DNA of 40,756 nt, from the NCBI GenBank assembly GCA_030689665.1, contig JAUYFS010000002.1:1-40756 (forward strand), in the 5' to 3' direction. The notes beneath the pieces are model-generated. The model did not search any database, was not told the origin of the DNA, and saw only the letters and a list, made by a program, of their open reading frames with translations. This document shows positions 1-10,500 of the stretch, piece after piece. A program made the translations under genes and the position numbers. The stretch comes from a bacterium. Its GTDB lineage: Bacteria; Patescibacteriota; Minisyncoccia; Minisyncoccales; JAUYFS01. Every line of letters starts with the position of its first letter. The stretch's first letter is position 1.

Positions 1-635
1 GTTTCCGGGTTTCCAAACATTATTCCAATTTTCATTCTTATCTGGTTTAAAAATATAACCGTTGTTTTCGTTTTTGCTATAATGCTTGTCAATTTTCTCA
101 AAGCAGACGACATTAAGCGAGCTTGAAGCCCAATTTGAAAATCTCCCATTTCTCCCTCAACTTCAGCGCGCGGAACCAAGGCTGCCACAGAATCAAGAAC
201 CACAATATCAATTTCGCCCGAGGAGACCAATTTTTCCAATATCTGGAGCGCTTGCTCGGCGCTGTCCGGCTGCGAAATTAACAATTCACCTGTATCAACA
301 CCAATTTTTTTGGCATAATCAGGGTCTAGAGCATGTTCCACATCAATAAAAGCAGCTGAACCGCCTTTTTTTTGGGCTTCGGCGACAATATGTAAAGCAA
401 CGGAGGTTTTTCCTGAACTTTCCGGGCCGTAAATTTCAATGACTCTGCCCCGCGGCACTCCTCCCACTCCTAAAATCAAATCTAATGACAAACAGCCGGT
501 TGGAATCGCATCAACATCAACAGAAGGAGCTTCTTTTAGTCTCATTATCGCGCCTTGTCCAAATTTTCTTTGGATATCCTCAATTACTTCTTTTAAATTT
601 CCTTTTTCCTGATTTTCTTTTTTTATTTTCGCCAT
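1..635 (-). CDS. recA: Recombinase A (3' end runs off the window; absent from the ORF track)
   Basis: Manual translation from ATG at 635: MAKIKK...[12 protein letters not shown] (Walker A)...[10 protein letters not shown]...LISQPD...[12 protein letters not shown]...[19 protein letters not shown]; all are RecA signature motifs. Confidence 0.97.
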   Translation of the reverse strand, partial: MAKIKKENQEKGNLKEVIEDIQRKFGQGAIMRLKEAPSVDVDAIPTGCLSLDLILGVGGVPRGRVIEIYGPESSGKTSVALHIVAEAQKKGGSAAFIDVEHALDPDYAKKIGVDTGELLISQPDSAEQALQILEKLVSSGEIDIVVLDSVAALVPRAEVEGEMGDFQIGLQARLMSSALRKLTSIIAKTKTTVIFLNQIRMKIGIMFGNPE

Positions 636-642
636 TTTTTTA
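621..642. repeat. 22-bp direct repeat, copy 1 (recA start region)
   Basis: TTTTATTTTCGCCATTTTTTTA, identical to 1348-1369. Confidence 0.85.
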
Positions 643-671
643 TTTTAAAATTGTTTGTATTAATTTCTATT

Positions 672-1337
672 CTACCTTGTAAATTTAAAAGTAGAAAGTA
701 TTTGGTCAATAATTAATTTATCATCCTGTTTATCAACAATGAATGAAACGGTTGTGTAGTGGTTCAAACCTTGGTCAATGTAATAAAATCCTCCCTTACA
801 AATTTTGCTTGTTTCGTCCTTTCTGATTTCTTGATTAAACATCAATGCATTGTGCCCGTCTATTGTTACTGGAATTAATGTTCTTGGTATATATGGCCCT
901 CTTTCTGGATTTTCAATTTGAAAATTTACGAATTCTTCGAAAGTTCTTTCAGTGTCCATAGAGCCCTCGGCATCCATACGCAGTTTACCAATTTGATAAA
1001 CTATATTGGCTCTTCCTGATGGACAAGGATCAAACGCCTCACTATCACCCTGATAAATATTGTTTGATAAATTGATTTGAATAAAATTACGATCTTGGTT
1101 TGGATTATCAGCTGATAGCGCATTTGACTCGCCTATATTCCAAAAAGACGGATATTTAAACTCAAATCCATATTCTTCATTTTTGTAAATCTTCCAATCA
1201 GTGGTTTCATCCGAGGTTAATTTAGAAAATGATTTTAGCGTTGGTATCCACCCTTGCTGCCAAGCTAAAAAACCACCCACTCCTACTATAAGAATAATAA
1301 CGACAAATATGATTAAATACTTTATTTTTTTATCCAT
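672..1337 (-). CDS. Membrane-anchored hypothetical protein with a PsbP-like 'WKxYxNxxYGFEFKYP' motif
   Basis: 221-aa ORF with an N-terminal hydrophobic helix followed by WKIYKNEEYGFEFKYP and a C-terminal 'DQILSTFKF', a pattern typical of CPR surface proteins. Confidence 0.7.
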   Translation of the reverse strand: MDKKIKYLIIFVVIILIVGVGGFLAWQQGWIPTLKSFSKLTSDETTDWKIYKNEEYGFEFKYPSFWNIGESNALSADNPNQDRNFIQINLSNNIYQGDSEAFDPCPSGRANIVYQIGKLRMDAEGSMDTERTFEEFVNFQIENPERGPYIPRTLIPVTIDGHNALMFNQEIRKDETSKICKGGFYYIDQGLNHYTTVSFIVDKQDDKLIIDQILSTFKFTR

Positions 1338-1347
1338 ATTTTTAGTC

Positions 1348-1369
1348 TTTTATTTTCGCCATTTTTTTA
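1348..1369. repeat. 22-bp direct repeat, copy 2 (duplicate of the recA start)
   Basis: Identical to 621-642; on the minus strand it begins a mini-ORF MAKIKD*. Confidence 0.85.
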
Positions 1370-1397
1370 GAATAATTCCGAAAACAATATTAGTCAA
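1369..1397 (-). promoter_or_regulatory. Putative sigma70 promoter TTGACT-17-TATTCT
   Basis: Near-consensus hexamers with a 17-nt spacer; an ATG lies 6 nt downstream of the -10. Confidence 0.5.
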
Positions 1398-1404
1398 ATA
1401 AATA

Positions 1405-3663
1405 TCACAAACTTTTCCATTCGTTATTCTCATTATTTTCATTCTCATTATTTTCTTGGTTTTCTTGGACTTGTTCGTTTTCTAAACCAATTTCATCAAA
1501 ACCAATCAAAATTTCTCTTGGTTTTGCTCCGTCAGCAGGACCAACTATTCCTTTTTCCTCCAACATATCAATAAGGCGCGCTGCTCTTGCATAACCAACC
1601 CTTAAACGCCTTTGCAATAAAGATGAAGACGCTTTTTTTGATTCTATAACAATTCTTTTTGCTTCTTCAAATAACGGGTCATCTTCGTCAAATAAAATCC
1701 CTTCTTCTTTTTTTCTTTCCAAATCTTTTTCCAAATCTTTTTCCATAAAGTTTTGATTTTTTGTAGCCAAATCATCTCCCTTTTCATCAACTAATTTTTG
1801 ATACTCGTCTTTTATAAATTTGATAACATCTTTTGCTTCTTTTTCCGAAATAAGAGCGCCTTGAATTCTTTTTGGCTTGGTGAAATTTGTTGAAATAAAA
1901 AGCATGTCTCCCCTTCCCAGTAATTTATCAGCGCCAGCTATGTCTAAAATTGTCCTGGAATCAACTTGCGAAGCAACCTGAAAAGCTACCCTTGAAGTTA
2001 TGTTTGCTTTAATCAAACCAGTTAAAACCTCCACTGACGGCCTTTGGGTTGCCAAAACCAAATGGATTCCAACAGCGCGCGACATTTGGGCCAATCTCAC
2101 AATCACTGCTTCCAAATCCCTTCCCCTGGTACTCATCAAATCAGCCAGCTCATCAACCACTAAAACAATAAAAGGCATTAATGGCTCTTTCTTTTTTATC
2201 ATAATCGCATTATAGCCATTGATATTTCTGGCGCTTTCTTCCGACAAAATAGCAAATCTTTTTTCCATTTCTTTTACAAGCCAGTTTAAGGCATTTATCG
2301 CCCTTGAGGCATCGTGAATAACCGGAGTCAAAAGATGCGGAATTCCTTCATAAAAAGAAAATTCAACTCTTTTTGGGTCTATAAGAATCAAACGAAGCGT
2401 TTCCGGAGAATTCTTATAAAGCAAACTATTTATAAGCGTATTCAAAAAAATTGTTTTTCCGGAACCAGTGGCTCCTGCCACCAATAAATGAGGCATTTTT
2501 TCCATATCAGCAAAAAGCAAATCTCCGGCAACATCTTTTCCCAAAGATATTTTTAACAAAGAGTTGCTTTCTTGAAATTCCGGCGCCTCAATCAAAGACC
2601 TAATCATTACAGCGGCTCTTTTTGTGTTGGGAACTTCAATTCCAACCAATGATTTGCCGGGAATTGGCGCTTCAACCCTGATTGGATGAGCTGCTAGAGA
2701 TAGGGATAAATCATTGCTTAAAGCGGTTATTTTTGACAAACGAACTCCTTCAGCCGGCTTAAGAGTATATTGCGTCACTGTCGGACCGACAAAAACCTCT
2801 GCCATTTCAACCGGGATTCCAAAATTTTCCAAAGTTCTTTTTATAATTGCCGAATTGACCGCGATATCTCCGCTAGTTGGTTTATCTTTTTCTTTTTCCA
2901 ATAAATCTATTGGCGGAAGGGGAAATCCGATTTCTTTTTGCTGAGCCATTAATTTTTTCTGGAACATATCCTTTTCAGGGGTAATTTCTTCTTCGGTTTT
3001 TGCCTTTGTTAGCGCTGATTTTTTGTTTAAATTTATTTGCGGCAATTTTTCTTTAAAAAGAAGCTTTTCCACTTTTAATTCTTTAATTGGGGTTTCTTCT
3101 TCAAAAATTTCTTCTTCGTCTTCTTTTTCAAAAAATTCCACCTTATCCTTTAAAAATTGCCACAAAATAATAACTCCTGCAATTACAAAACCAATAAAAA
3201 TTAAATTAGCCAATAAAGACCCAAAAAATTTTGAAAAAAAAGCCGCCAAGAAATAGCCAACCCACCCTCCCATATTAAGCATAATTTCTTTGTTGGTTTC
3301 CGGATTTAAATTGCTTAACAATCCGGACAAACCCAAAACCAGCAAGGAAAATCCCGCCACAATGCCCTTAAAAGAGTTTCCTATTTTTATTGAAAGCGCA
3401 AAAAAACCGCCCAATAAAAAAATAATAGGTAAAACAAAATAAATTTTGCCGACAGCCAAAATAATGATTTTGGACAAATAAATTCCAACGATCCCGGCTT
3501 GCTCAAAAAAGGAGAAAATGATTGATATCGCCAACAAACCCAAAAGCAAGGCGATTATTTTCTTTTTAGTTTCAAAAGAAAAAATATCAGGGCCAAATTT
3601 CTTATTTTTTTTGCCATTAGAAGAATGGTTAAAAGAATTTTTATTTTTTCTTTTTCTCGCCAT
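1405..3663 (-). CDS. ftsK: DNA translocase FtsK/SpoIIIE
   Basis: N-terminal TM helices, PHLLVAGATGSGKT Walker A, VVDELADLM, LATQRPSV, and gamma-domain SLLQRRLRVGYARAARLID. Confidence 0.97.
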   Translation of the reverse strand: MARKRKNKNSFNHSSNGKKNKKFGPDIFSFETKKKIIALLLGLLAISIIFSFFEQAGIVGIYLSKIIILAVGKIYFVLPIIFLLGGFFALSIKIGNSFKGIVAGFSLLVLGLSGLLSNLNPETNKEIMLNMGGWVGYFLAAFFSKFFGSLLANLIFIGFVIAGVIILWQFLKDKVEFFEKEDEEEIFEEETPIKELKVEKLLFKEKLPQINLNKKSALTKAKTEEEITPEKDMFQKKLMAQQKEIGFPLPPIDLLEKEKDKPTSGDIAVNSAIIKRTLENFGIPVEMAEVFVGPTVTQYTLKPAEGVRLSKITALSNDLSLSLAAHPIRVEAPIPGKSLVGIEVPNTKRAAVMIRSLIEAPEFQESNSLLKISLGKDVAGDLLFADMEKMPHLLVAGATGSGKTIFLNTLINSLLYKNSPETLRLILIDPKRVEFSFYEGIPHLLTPVIHDASRAINALNWLVKEMEKRFAILSEESARNINGYNAIMIKKKEPLMPFIVLVVDELADLMSTRGRDLEAVIVRLAQMSRAVGIHLVLATQRPSVEVLTGLIKANITSRVAFQVASQVDSRTILDIAGADKLLGRGDMLFISTNFTKPKRIQGALISEKEAKDVIKFIKDEYQKLVDEKGDDLATKNQNFMEKDLEKDLERKKEEGILFDEDDPLFEEAKRIVIESKKASSSLLQRRLRVGYARAARLIDMLEEKGIVGPADGAKPREILIGFDEIGLENEQVQENQENNENENNENNEWKSL

Positions 3664-3694
3664 TTGTTAAATTTTAACAGGAAATCTTTTTAAT

Positions 3695-6600
3695 TTACTC
3701 TTTCTTGGATTTGTTTTTTTTAAATCCAGTGCCTGCTAAAATCAGTTTACCAATAATAACATTTTCCTTCAAACCCCTTAAGGGGTCAACGCGTCCATCC
3801 AACGAGGCCTTGATTAAAACCCTTGAGGTTTGTTGGAATGAAGCTGCGGAAAGAAAACTATTCGTTGATAAGGAAACCCTGGAAATGCCCAAGAGAATCG
3901 GCTTTCCTTTTGCCGGAGTTTTGCCCTCTTTATTCAAACGGGCGTTTTCTTCTTCAAAAATAGGATTTTCAACAACCTCTCCCTGAGTCCATAATCCATC
4001 TCCCGGCTCGCTGATTTTTATTCTGGAAAACATCTGGCGAACAATGACCTCCACGTGTTTGTCGTGAATTTTTGCTCCCTGTGAAACATATATTTTTTGT
4101 ATTTCTTTTAGAATGTATCTCTGGGTTTTCTCTTCCCCGTTAATTTTAAAATATTTATCAAGGTCAACGTTCCCTTCTGTCAATTTCTGGCCAATAACAA
4201 TTTTTTCTCCGTTTTTAGCAAGAATTTTGCTCGTTGTTTTTATTTCAATAATTTCTTTTTTGTCTTTTTCGTCTTTTGTCTCAATTTTTATAATTCCATT
4301 GGTTTCGTCTATTTCCGAAATTTTTCCCTCAATGTCAGACAAAATTCCTTCAATTTTCGGATTTCTGTTTTCAAAAATTTCCTCAACTCTCGGCAAACCC
4401 TGGGTAATGTCGCTGGCACTCGCAACCCCGCCGGTGTGGAATGTTCTCATTGTCAGCTGGGTTCCCGGTTCTCCAATTGACTGCGCCGCGATAACGCCAA
4501 CCGCTTCCCCGCACTCAACTAATTTTGCTTTGCCCATATCCCAACCATAACATTTTTGGCAAACGCCTCTCAGTAATTTGCAACTTAATGGGCTTCTAAC
4601 CCTGATTTCCTGGATTGAATCGTCTTTTTTTATTTTATCCACAGAGTTCCAATCAATTAATTCGCCTTTTTTAACCAAAACATCGCCTTTGCTGTTTTTT
4701 ATTTCTTCCAAAACCACTCTTCCCAAAATTTTCATCGCAAAATCCTGGTTTAATTCATCCGCTTCTTTTTTGGAAATAACAATTCCTTTTTTATCTCCGC
4801 AGTCGTCTTCATAAACGATAAAATCATGGGCAACATCAACCAAGCGTCTGGTTAAATAACCTGCCATTGAAGTTCTTAAGGCGGTATCAACAGTGCCTTT
4901 TCTCGCCCCATGGGTGGAAATGAAATATTCCAAAACATCCAAACCCTCTTTAAAAGATCTTTTAACCGGCAATTCAATAATTTGGCCAGCCGGGTTGCTG
5001 ACCAACCCCTTCATTCCGGCCATCTGGGCCGGTTGAGACCAAGAACCCTTTGAACCTGAATCAATAATTGAAAAAACAGAGCCAAATTCAGACAATTTTT
5101 GCGGAACCAGTTTTTCCACCTCTGATTTTACTCTTTGCCAAACTTCAATAATATTTATTCTTTTTTCTTCCAAAGACAGCAATCCTTTTTGATAGTGAGT
5201 TTCAATTTTTTCAACTTCTTTTTCCGCTTCTTCAACGATTTTTTTCTTTTCTACCGGAATTACCAAGTCATCCATTCCCCAAGAAATTCCTGAAAGCGTT
5301 GCCGCTTCAACGCCTAATTCTTTAATATCGTCCAGATATTCCTGAGGTTCTTCAACTCCGGATTCCTCAACTCCGCAAATCTCAATAATTCGGCTGATTA
5401 TGCCCTCCATTTTCTTTGAATTTATGACATCGTTTATAAAATTCATTTGCTTGGGCAACACTTCGTTAAATAAAATTCTTCCGACAGAGGTTTCTATTAT
5501 TTCATTGTTAATCCTTACTTTAACCAAAGCTCTCGGGCTTACATGTTTTAAATCATGAGCCAAAATCGCTTCTTGCTCATTTGAAAAAATCTTGCCTTCG
5601 CCGATTTCTCCTTTTTTTATTTTGGTAAGCCAATAACAACCCAAAATAATGTCCTGGGTCGGCACGGTTATCGGAATTGCTGTTGCCGGTTTCAAAAGAT
5701 TTTTTGAAGAAAGCATTCTTTCCCCGGCTTCTTTTTGAGCCTCTTTGGATAAAGGCAAATGAACAGCCATTTGGTCGCCGTCAAAGTCAGCGTTAAATCC
5801 TTTACAAACCATTGGATGAACCCTTATTGCCTCGCCTTCAATTAATATCGGCCTGAATGCTTGAATTCCCAAACGATGAAGCGTTGGAGCGCGGTTTAAT
5901 AAAACATATTTTCCGGAAACAACTTCTTCCAAAATAGCCCAGACCTCGTCAGTTTGTTCGTCAATCAAACGGCTGGCGCCCTTCACATTATAAGCCAATT
6001 CCTTTTCAATAATTCCCCTGATGACAAACGGTTTAAATAATTCCAAGGCCATTTTCTTGGGCAAACCGCATTGGTCTAGTTTTAATTTCGGACCGACAAC
6101 AATTACCGAACGGCCCGAATAATCAACTCTTTTACCCAAAAGATTTTGCCTAAATCTGCCTTGTTTGCCCTGAAGCATGTCAGACAATGACTTCAAAACC
6201 CTTCTTCCCCCTGTCGTGGCGGTTGTGGTGCTTTTGCTTTTGCGCATTTTATTGTCAATCAAAGCGTCAACGGCTTCTTGAAGCATTCTTTTTTCGTTTC
6301 TAATAATAACTTCCGGAGATTTTATTTCTAAAAGATATTTTAATCTGTTATTTCTGTTTATAATTCTTCTGTAAAGGTCGTTTAAATCAGAAGAAGCGTA
6401 TCTTCCTCCGTCTAATTGAACAATCGGCCTCAAATCGGACGGTAAAATTGGAATGATTTCCAAAAACATCCATTCCGGCCTTATCCCAACCTTTATCATT
6501 CCCTGAATAAGTTTTAGGCGAATAAGCAATTTTTTTCTAGCTGCTGATTGAGTGTTTTTTATTTTTTCTTTTAATTCTTTAAAAAGTTCTTCTAAATTAA

Positions 6601-7381
6601 TTTTTTCAAATATTTTTCTTAAGGTTTCGGCGCCGGTTCCAGCGTCAAAAATTTCTCCAAACCTTAGCGACAAATCCTGATATTCCAGCTCTGAAATAAT
6701 TTTTAAGGGTTTAATCAGCTCAATTTCGGTCAACAATCTGTCTCTTGATTGGTCTAATTTTTCAATATTTTCATTGGTTTTTATTTTTTCGTTTTTCGCC
6801 CGCTTCGCCCGCGAATCGAGGCGAGCCCGCTTTTCCGAATCAAGATGAGCCCGCTTCGCCCCCGAATCAAGGCGAACTCTTTCTTTAATTTCAGCCGCTT
6901 TTCTTTTATATTCTTCTCCGATTTCTTTTATTTTTATTTCTTTTGCTTTTTCGTCCACCTCGGTAATAATGTAGTTTGAAAAATAAACGACTTTTTCAAC
7001 CTGCTGGGCGGGCGCGTCCAAAACCAAGGCAATTCTTGAAGGAACTCCTCTTAAAAACCAGATGTGGGCAACCGGAGCCGCTAATTTAATATGGCCCATT
7101 CTTTCTCTGCGGACAATTGATTTGGTAACTTCCACTCCGCACCTGTCGCAAATAATTCCCTTGTATCTTATTTTCCTGTATTTGCCGCAAGCGCACTCAT
7201 AATCTTTTTCCGGGCCAAAAATCCTTTCGCAAAACAAACCGTCTCTCTCAGACCTCTGAGTTCTATAATTTATCGTCTCTGGTTTAAGAACCTCGCCCTT
7301 TGACCATGATAAAATTTCATTTGGCGAAGCGATTTTTATTCTGATTGCCGTTATGTCTTGGGTTTTTAAATTTGGTTCCAT
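3695..7381 (-). CDS. rpoC: RNA polymerase beta' subunit
   Basis: Catalytic NADFDGD, GRFRQNLLGKRVDYSGR, Zn-finger CACG...CDRC, QSIGEPGTQLTMRTFH. Confidence 0.99.
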   Translation of the reverse strand: MEPNLKTQDITAIRIKIASPNEILSWSKGEVLKPETINYRTQRSERDGLFCERIFGPEKDYECACGKYRKIRYKGIICDRCGVEVTKSIVRRERMGHIKLAAPVAHIWFLRGVPSRIALVLDAPAQQVEKVVYFSNYIITEVDEKAKEIKIKEIGEEYKRKAAEIKERVRLDSGAKRAHLDSEKRARLDSRAKRAKNEKIKTNENIEKLDQSRDRLLTEIELIKPLKIISELEYQDLSLRFGEIFDAGTGAETLRKIFEKINLEELFKELKEKIKNTQSAARKKLLIRLKLIQGMIKVGIRPEWMFLEIIPILPSDLRPIVQLDGGRYASSDLNDLYRRIINRNNRLKYLLEIKSPEVIIRNEKRMLQEAVDALIDNKMRKSKSTTTATTGGRRVLKSLSDMLQGKQGRFRQNLLGKRVDYSGRSVIVVGPKLKLDQCGLPKKMALELFKPFVIRGIIEKELAYNVKGASRLIDEQTDEVWAILEEVVSGKYVLLNRAPTLHRLGIQAFRPILIEGEAIRVHPMVCKGFNADFDGDQMAVHLPLSKEAQKEAGERMLSSKNLLKPATAIPITVPTQDIILGCYWLTKIKKGEIGEGKIFSNEQEAILAHDLKHVSPRALVKVRINNEIIETSVGRILFNEVLPKQMNFINDVINSKKMEGIISRIIEICGVEESGVEEPQEYLDDIKELGVEAATLSGISWGMDDLVIPVEKKKIVEEAEKEVEKIETHYQKGLLSLEEKRINIIEVWQRVKSEVEKLVPQKLSEFGSVFSIIDSGSKGSWSQPAQMAGMKGLVSNPAGQIIELPVKRSFKEGLDVLEYFISTHGARKGTVDTALRTSMAGYLTRRLVDVAHDFIVYEDDCGDKKGIVISKKEADELNQDFAMKILGRVVLEEIKNSKGDVLVKKGELIDWNSVDKIKKDDSIQEIRVRSPLSCKLLRGVCQKCYGWDMGKAKLVECGEAVGVIAAQSIGEPGTQLTMRTFHTGGVASASDITQGLPRVEEIFENRNPKIEGILSDIEGKISEIDETNGIIKIETKDEKDKKEIIEIKTTSKILAKNGEKIVIGQKLTEGNVDLDKYFKINGEEKTQRYILKEIQKIYVSQGAKIHDKHVEVIVRQMFSRIKISEPGDGLWTQGEVVENPIFEEENARLNKEGKTPAKGKPILLGISRVSLSTNSFLSAASFQQTSRVLIKASLDGRVDPLRGLKENVIIGKLILAGTGFKKNKSKKE
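6798..6875. repeat. Three tandem GC-rich palindromic units (27+24+27 bp) in-frame within rpoC
   Basis: GCCCGCTTCGCCCGCGAATCGAGGCGA / GCCCGCTTTTCCGAATCAAGATGA / GCCCGCTTCGCCCCCGAATCAAGGCGA; encodes RLDSGAKRA-HLDSEKRA-RLDSRAKRA. Confidence 0.9.
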
Positions 7382-7386
7382 AGTTT

Positions 7387-7507
7387 TTTACCCTCCCAAG
7401 TTTTTGACTTGGTTAAAAATGAATTATTGAAATATTAATTGTTGTTTGATTGTTTGAATTAGTTTTGTTAGTCATAATCGCCTTAGTCAAAAATTTGGGA
7501 GGGTAAA
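7387..7507. repeat. MITE/REP-like inverted-repeat element between rpoB and rpoC
   Basis: TTTACCCTCCCAAGTTTTTGACT (7387-7409) and AGTCAAAAATTTGGGAGGGTAAA (7485-7507), 22/23 complementary. Confidence 0.85.
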
Positions 7508-7513
7508 TTTAAT

Positions 7514-10500
7514 TTATTCTTCCGTTTCTTCGCTTTCTTTCCTCTCTATTTGAACGCTAAATCCCATTGCCTTTAATTCATTGACTAACAAATTAAATGA
7601 TGCTGGTATCCCAGGGCCTTTGATTGGTTCCCCTTTTAAAATAGCTTCATAAACAGCCGACCTTCCAGGAACATCGTCTGATTTATAGGTAAGCATTTCC
7701 TGTAAAATATGCGCCGCTCCGTGCCCTTCCAAAGCCCAGACCTCCATTTCTCCAAATCTCTGTCCTCCGAATTGCGTTTTTCCGCCCAATGGCTGCTGGG
7801 TTATTAAAGAATAGGGACCGATAGACCTTGCGTGAATTTTATCTTCAACCATATGAATCAGCTTCATAATATACATATAGCCAACCGTGATTCTTTCTGA
7901 AAATGGCTCGCCGGTCCTTCCATCATAAAGAGTAACCTTGCCGTCTTCGGGAAGACCCGCTTCTTTCAATTCTTTTTTAATATCTGCTTCGTTGGCTCCC
8001 AAAAGAGAAGGGGATATTGCGATATAATTTAATTTTTTTGCGGCATAGCCAAGATGAGTTTCCAGAATTTGGCCCAAGTTCATTCTTGAGGCAACGCTAA
8101 TGGGATTTAAAATTATATCAACCGGCGTGCCGTCTTCCAAAAATGGCATTTCTTCATCAGGTAAAATTTTTGAAATAACGCCCTTGTTCCCGTGCCTGCC
8201 AGCTAATTTATCTCCGGCCTTAATTTTTCTTATTTGGGCGATTTCTATTTTTATTCTTTTTAAAGTTCCCGGCTCTAATTTATGGCCTGTTTCTTTTGAA
8301 AAAACTTTTATCCCAATTACTCTTCCTTTTTTCCCGTGAGGCAAAAGTAGGGAGGTATCTTTTATTTCTCTGGCTTTTTCTCCAAATATTGCCCTGAGAA
8401 GACGCTCTTCCGGAGTCAAATCAGTTTCTCCCTTTGGAGCGATTTTGCCAACTAGAATATCATTGGGTTTAACTTCCGCTCCAATTCTTATAATTCCTTC
8501 TTCATCCAGGTCTTTTAAGCGTTCCTCTCCAATGTTTGGAATATCAGGAGTGGTTATTTCAGGGCCTAATTTTGTTTCCCTTACATCGCAGGTAAAATCT
8601 TCAATGTGAATTGAAGTAAATTTGTCATTTTTTACCAAGCTTTCAGAAAGAACAATGGCATCTTCAAAATTATTTCCCCTCCAAGACATAAAAGCAACTA
8701 ACAAATTGTGCCCCAAAGCCAAACGACCATCAACAACAGCAGCGCCATTGGTTAAAATGTCGCCTTTTTTAATTTTCTGCCCCTTTTGAACTCTGGGCGT
8801 TTGACGCAAACAAGTATATTGGTTTGTTCTGATAAAATTATCCAATTTATGTTCTTCAATATTACCTCCTCCCTTTATTTTTATTCTTGAGGAATCAATT
8901 TCAACCACATTTCCGTCAATTCCGGAAATTGCGACTAATCCCGAATCACGCGCCACGTTTCTCTCAACGCCAGTTCCGACTAACGGAACATCGGGATTAA
9001 TCAAAGGAACTGCCTGCCTCTGCATATTTGAACCCATCAAGGCCCTGTTGGCGTCGTCGTTTTGGAGAAAAGGAATTAAAGAAGTTGCAATGGAAATAGC
9101 CAGTTTTGAAGAAACGTCTGCATAATCAACCTTTTCTTTTTCAATTTCTCTTGGCTCTCCCTTTACTCTCGCCTCAACTCTTTCTGGAATTATTCTCATT
9201 TTGTCGTCCAAGGGAACGCCGGCATGAACAATAATGTATTTTTCTTCCTCGTAAGCGCTTAAATAATGAATCTCCTGCAATACCTTTCCTTTTTCAACTT
9301 TAAAATATGGGGTCTCCAAAAATCCCATTTCGTTAATTTTGGCAAATGTTGCCAAGTGGCCAACCAAACCAACGTTTCCTCCTTCCGGAGTTTGTATCGG
9401 ACAAATTCTTCCGTAGTGGGACGGCTGAACGTCACGAACCTCAAAGCCAGCCCTTTCTCTGGTTAAACCTCCCGGACCGGTTGAAGTAAGAGTTCTTTTG
9501 TGCTCAACTTCTGCCAAAGGATTTTCACTATCCATAAATTGCGCCAACTGAGATGAAGTGAAAAATTCTTTTACAACCATTCCAAAAGTTCTCGGATTTA
9601 TTAATAAAGACGTGGTTATTCCTTGGGGGTCAACCGTAGACATTCTGTCTTTTATAATTCTTTCCATTCTCATCAAGCCAATCCTCAAGCGATTTTCTAA
9701 AAGGTCTGAAATTGTCTTTACCCTTCTGTTGCCCAAATGGTCAATTTCGTCTGGTTGGGAATACGGGGTGTTGTTAAGTTTGATTATTTCCCTGATTGAC
9801 CTTACGATGTCTTCTTTTCCCAAAATCCTTTCTTCGGGGCTTATTTTCACCTTTTTACCCTTTCCCACTTCTTTTTCCGGATAAAGACGCAGCCAAATTT
9901 TCCAACGCCCGACTCTTGAAAGGTCATATCTGCTGAAATTAAAAAATAAATTTTCTATGAATTCTCTGGCTGTTTCCGGAGTAACCAATTCTCCCGGCCT
10001 TAATTTATGATAAATTCCGACCAATGCTTCCAATTCGTTTTGTTCCGGGTCTTTTTCCAGAGTTTTCTCAATAAATTTAATTTCTTTGTTCGTATCAACA
10101 TCTTTGAATAAGTTTTTTATTTCCTCATTTTTAAAACCAAAAGCTTTTAAAAGAGTGGTTGCCGTCACCTTTCTTTTTCTGTCTATTTTTACCCAAATAA
10201 CACCCGCGGAATCAGTGTCAAATTCCAACCAAGCGCCCCTATTGGGAATTATTCTGACTCCGAAAAAGTTTTTGTTTCCGTATTTTTCGGCAACAAAAAA
10301 ACAACCCGGAGACCTAACGAGTTGAGAAACAATCACTCTCTCAACGCCGTTAATAATAAAGGTTGCTTTTTCAGTCATCAAAGGAAAATCGCACAGAAAA
10401 ACTTCCTGTTCTTTTGATTTTCCGGTTTTTAAATCAGTTAATTTTGTTTTTACTTTTAAAGGCGCTTCGTAAGAATCATCGTTGCTTTTTGCTTCAATTT

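Noticed and set aside
1410..1480. ENNENENN low-complexity tail of FtsK
   Set aside because: An ordinary disordered acidic tail with no evidence of a repeat element.
6798..6875. Possible CRISPR array
   Set aside because: The units are contiguous with no spacers, lie inside rpoC, and no cas genes are present in the window.
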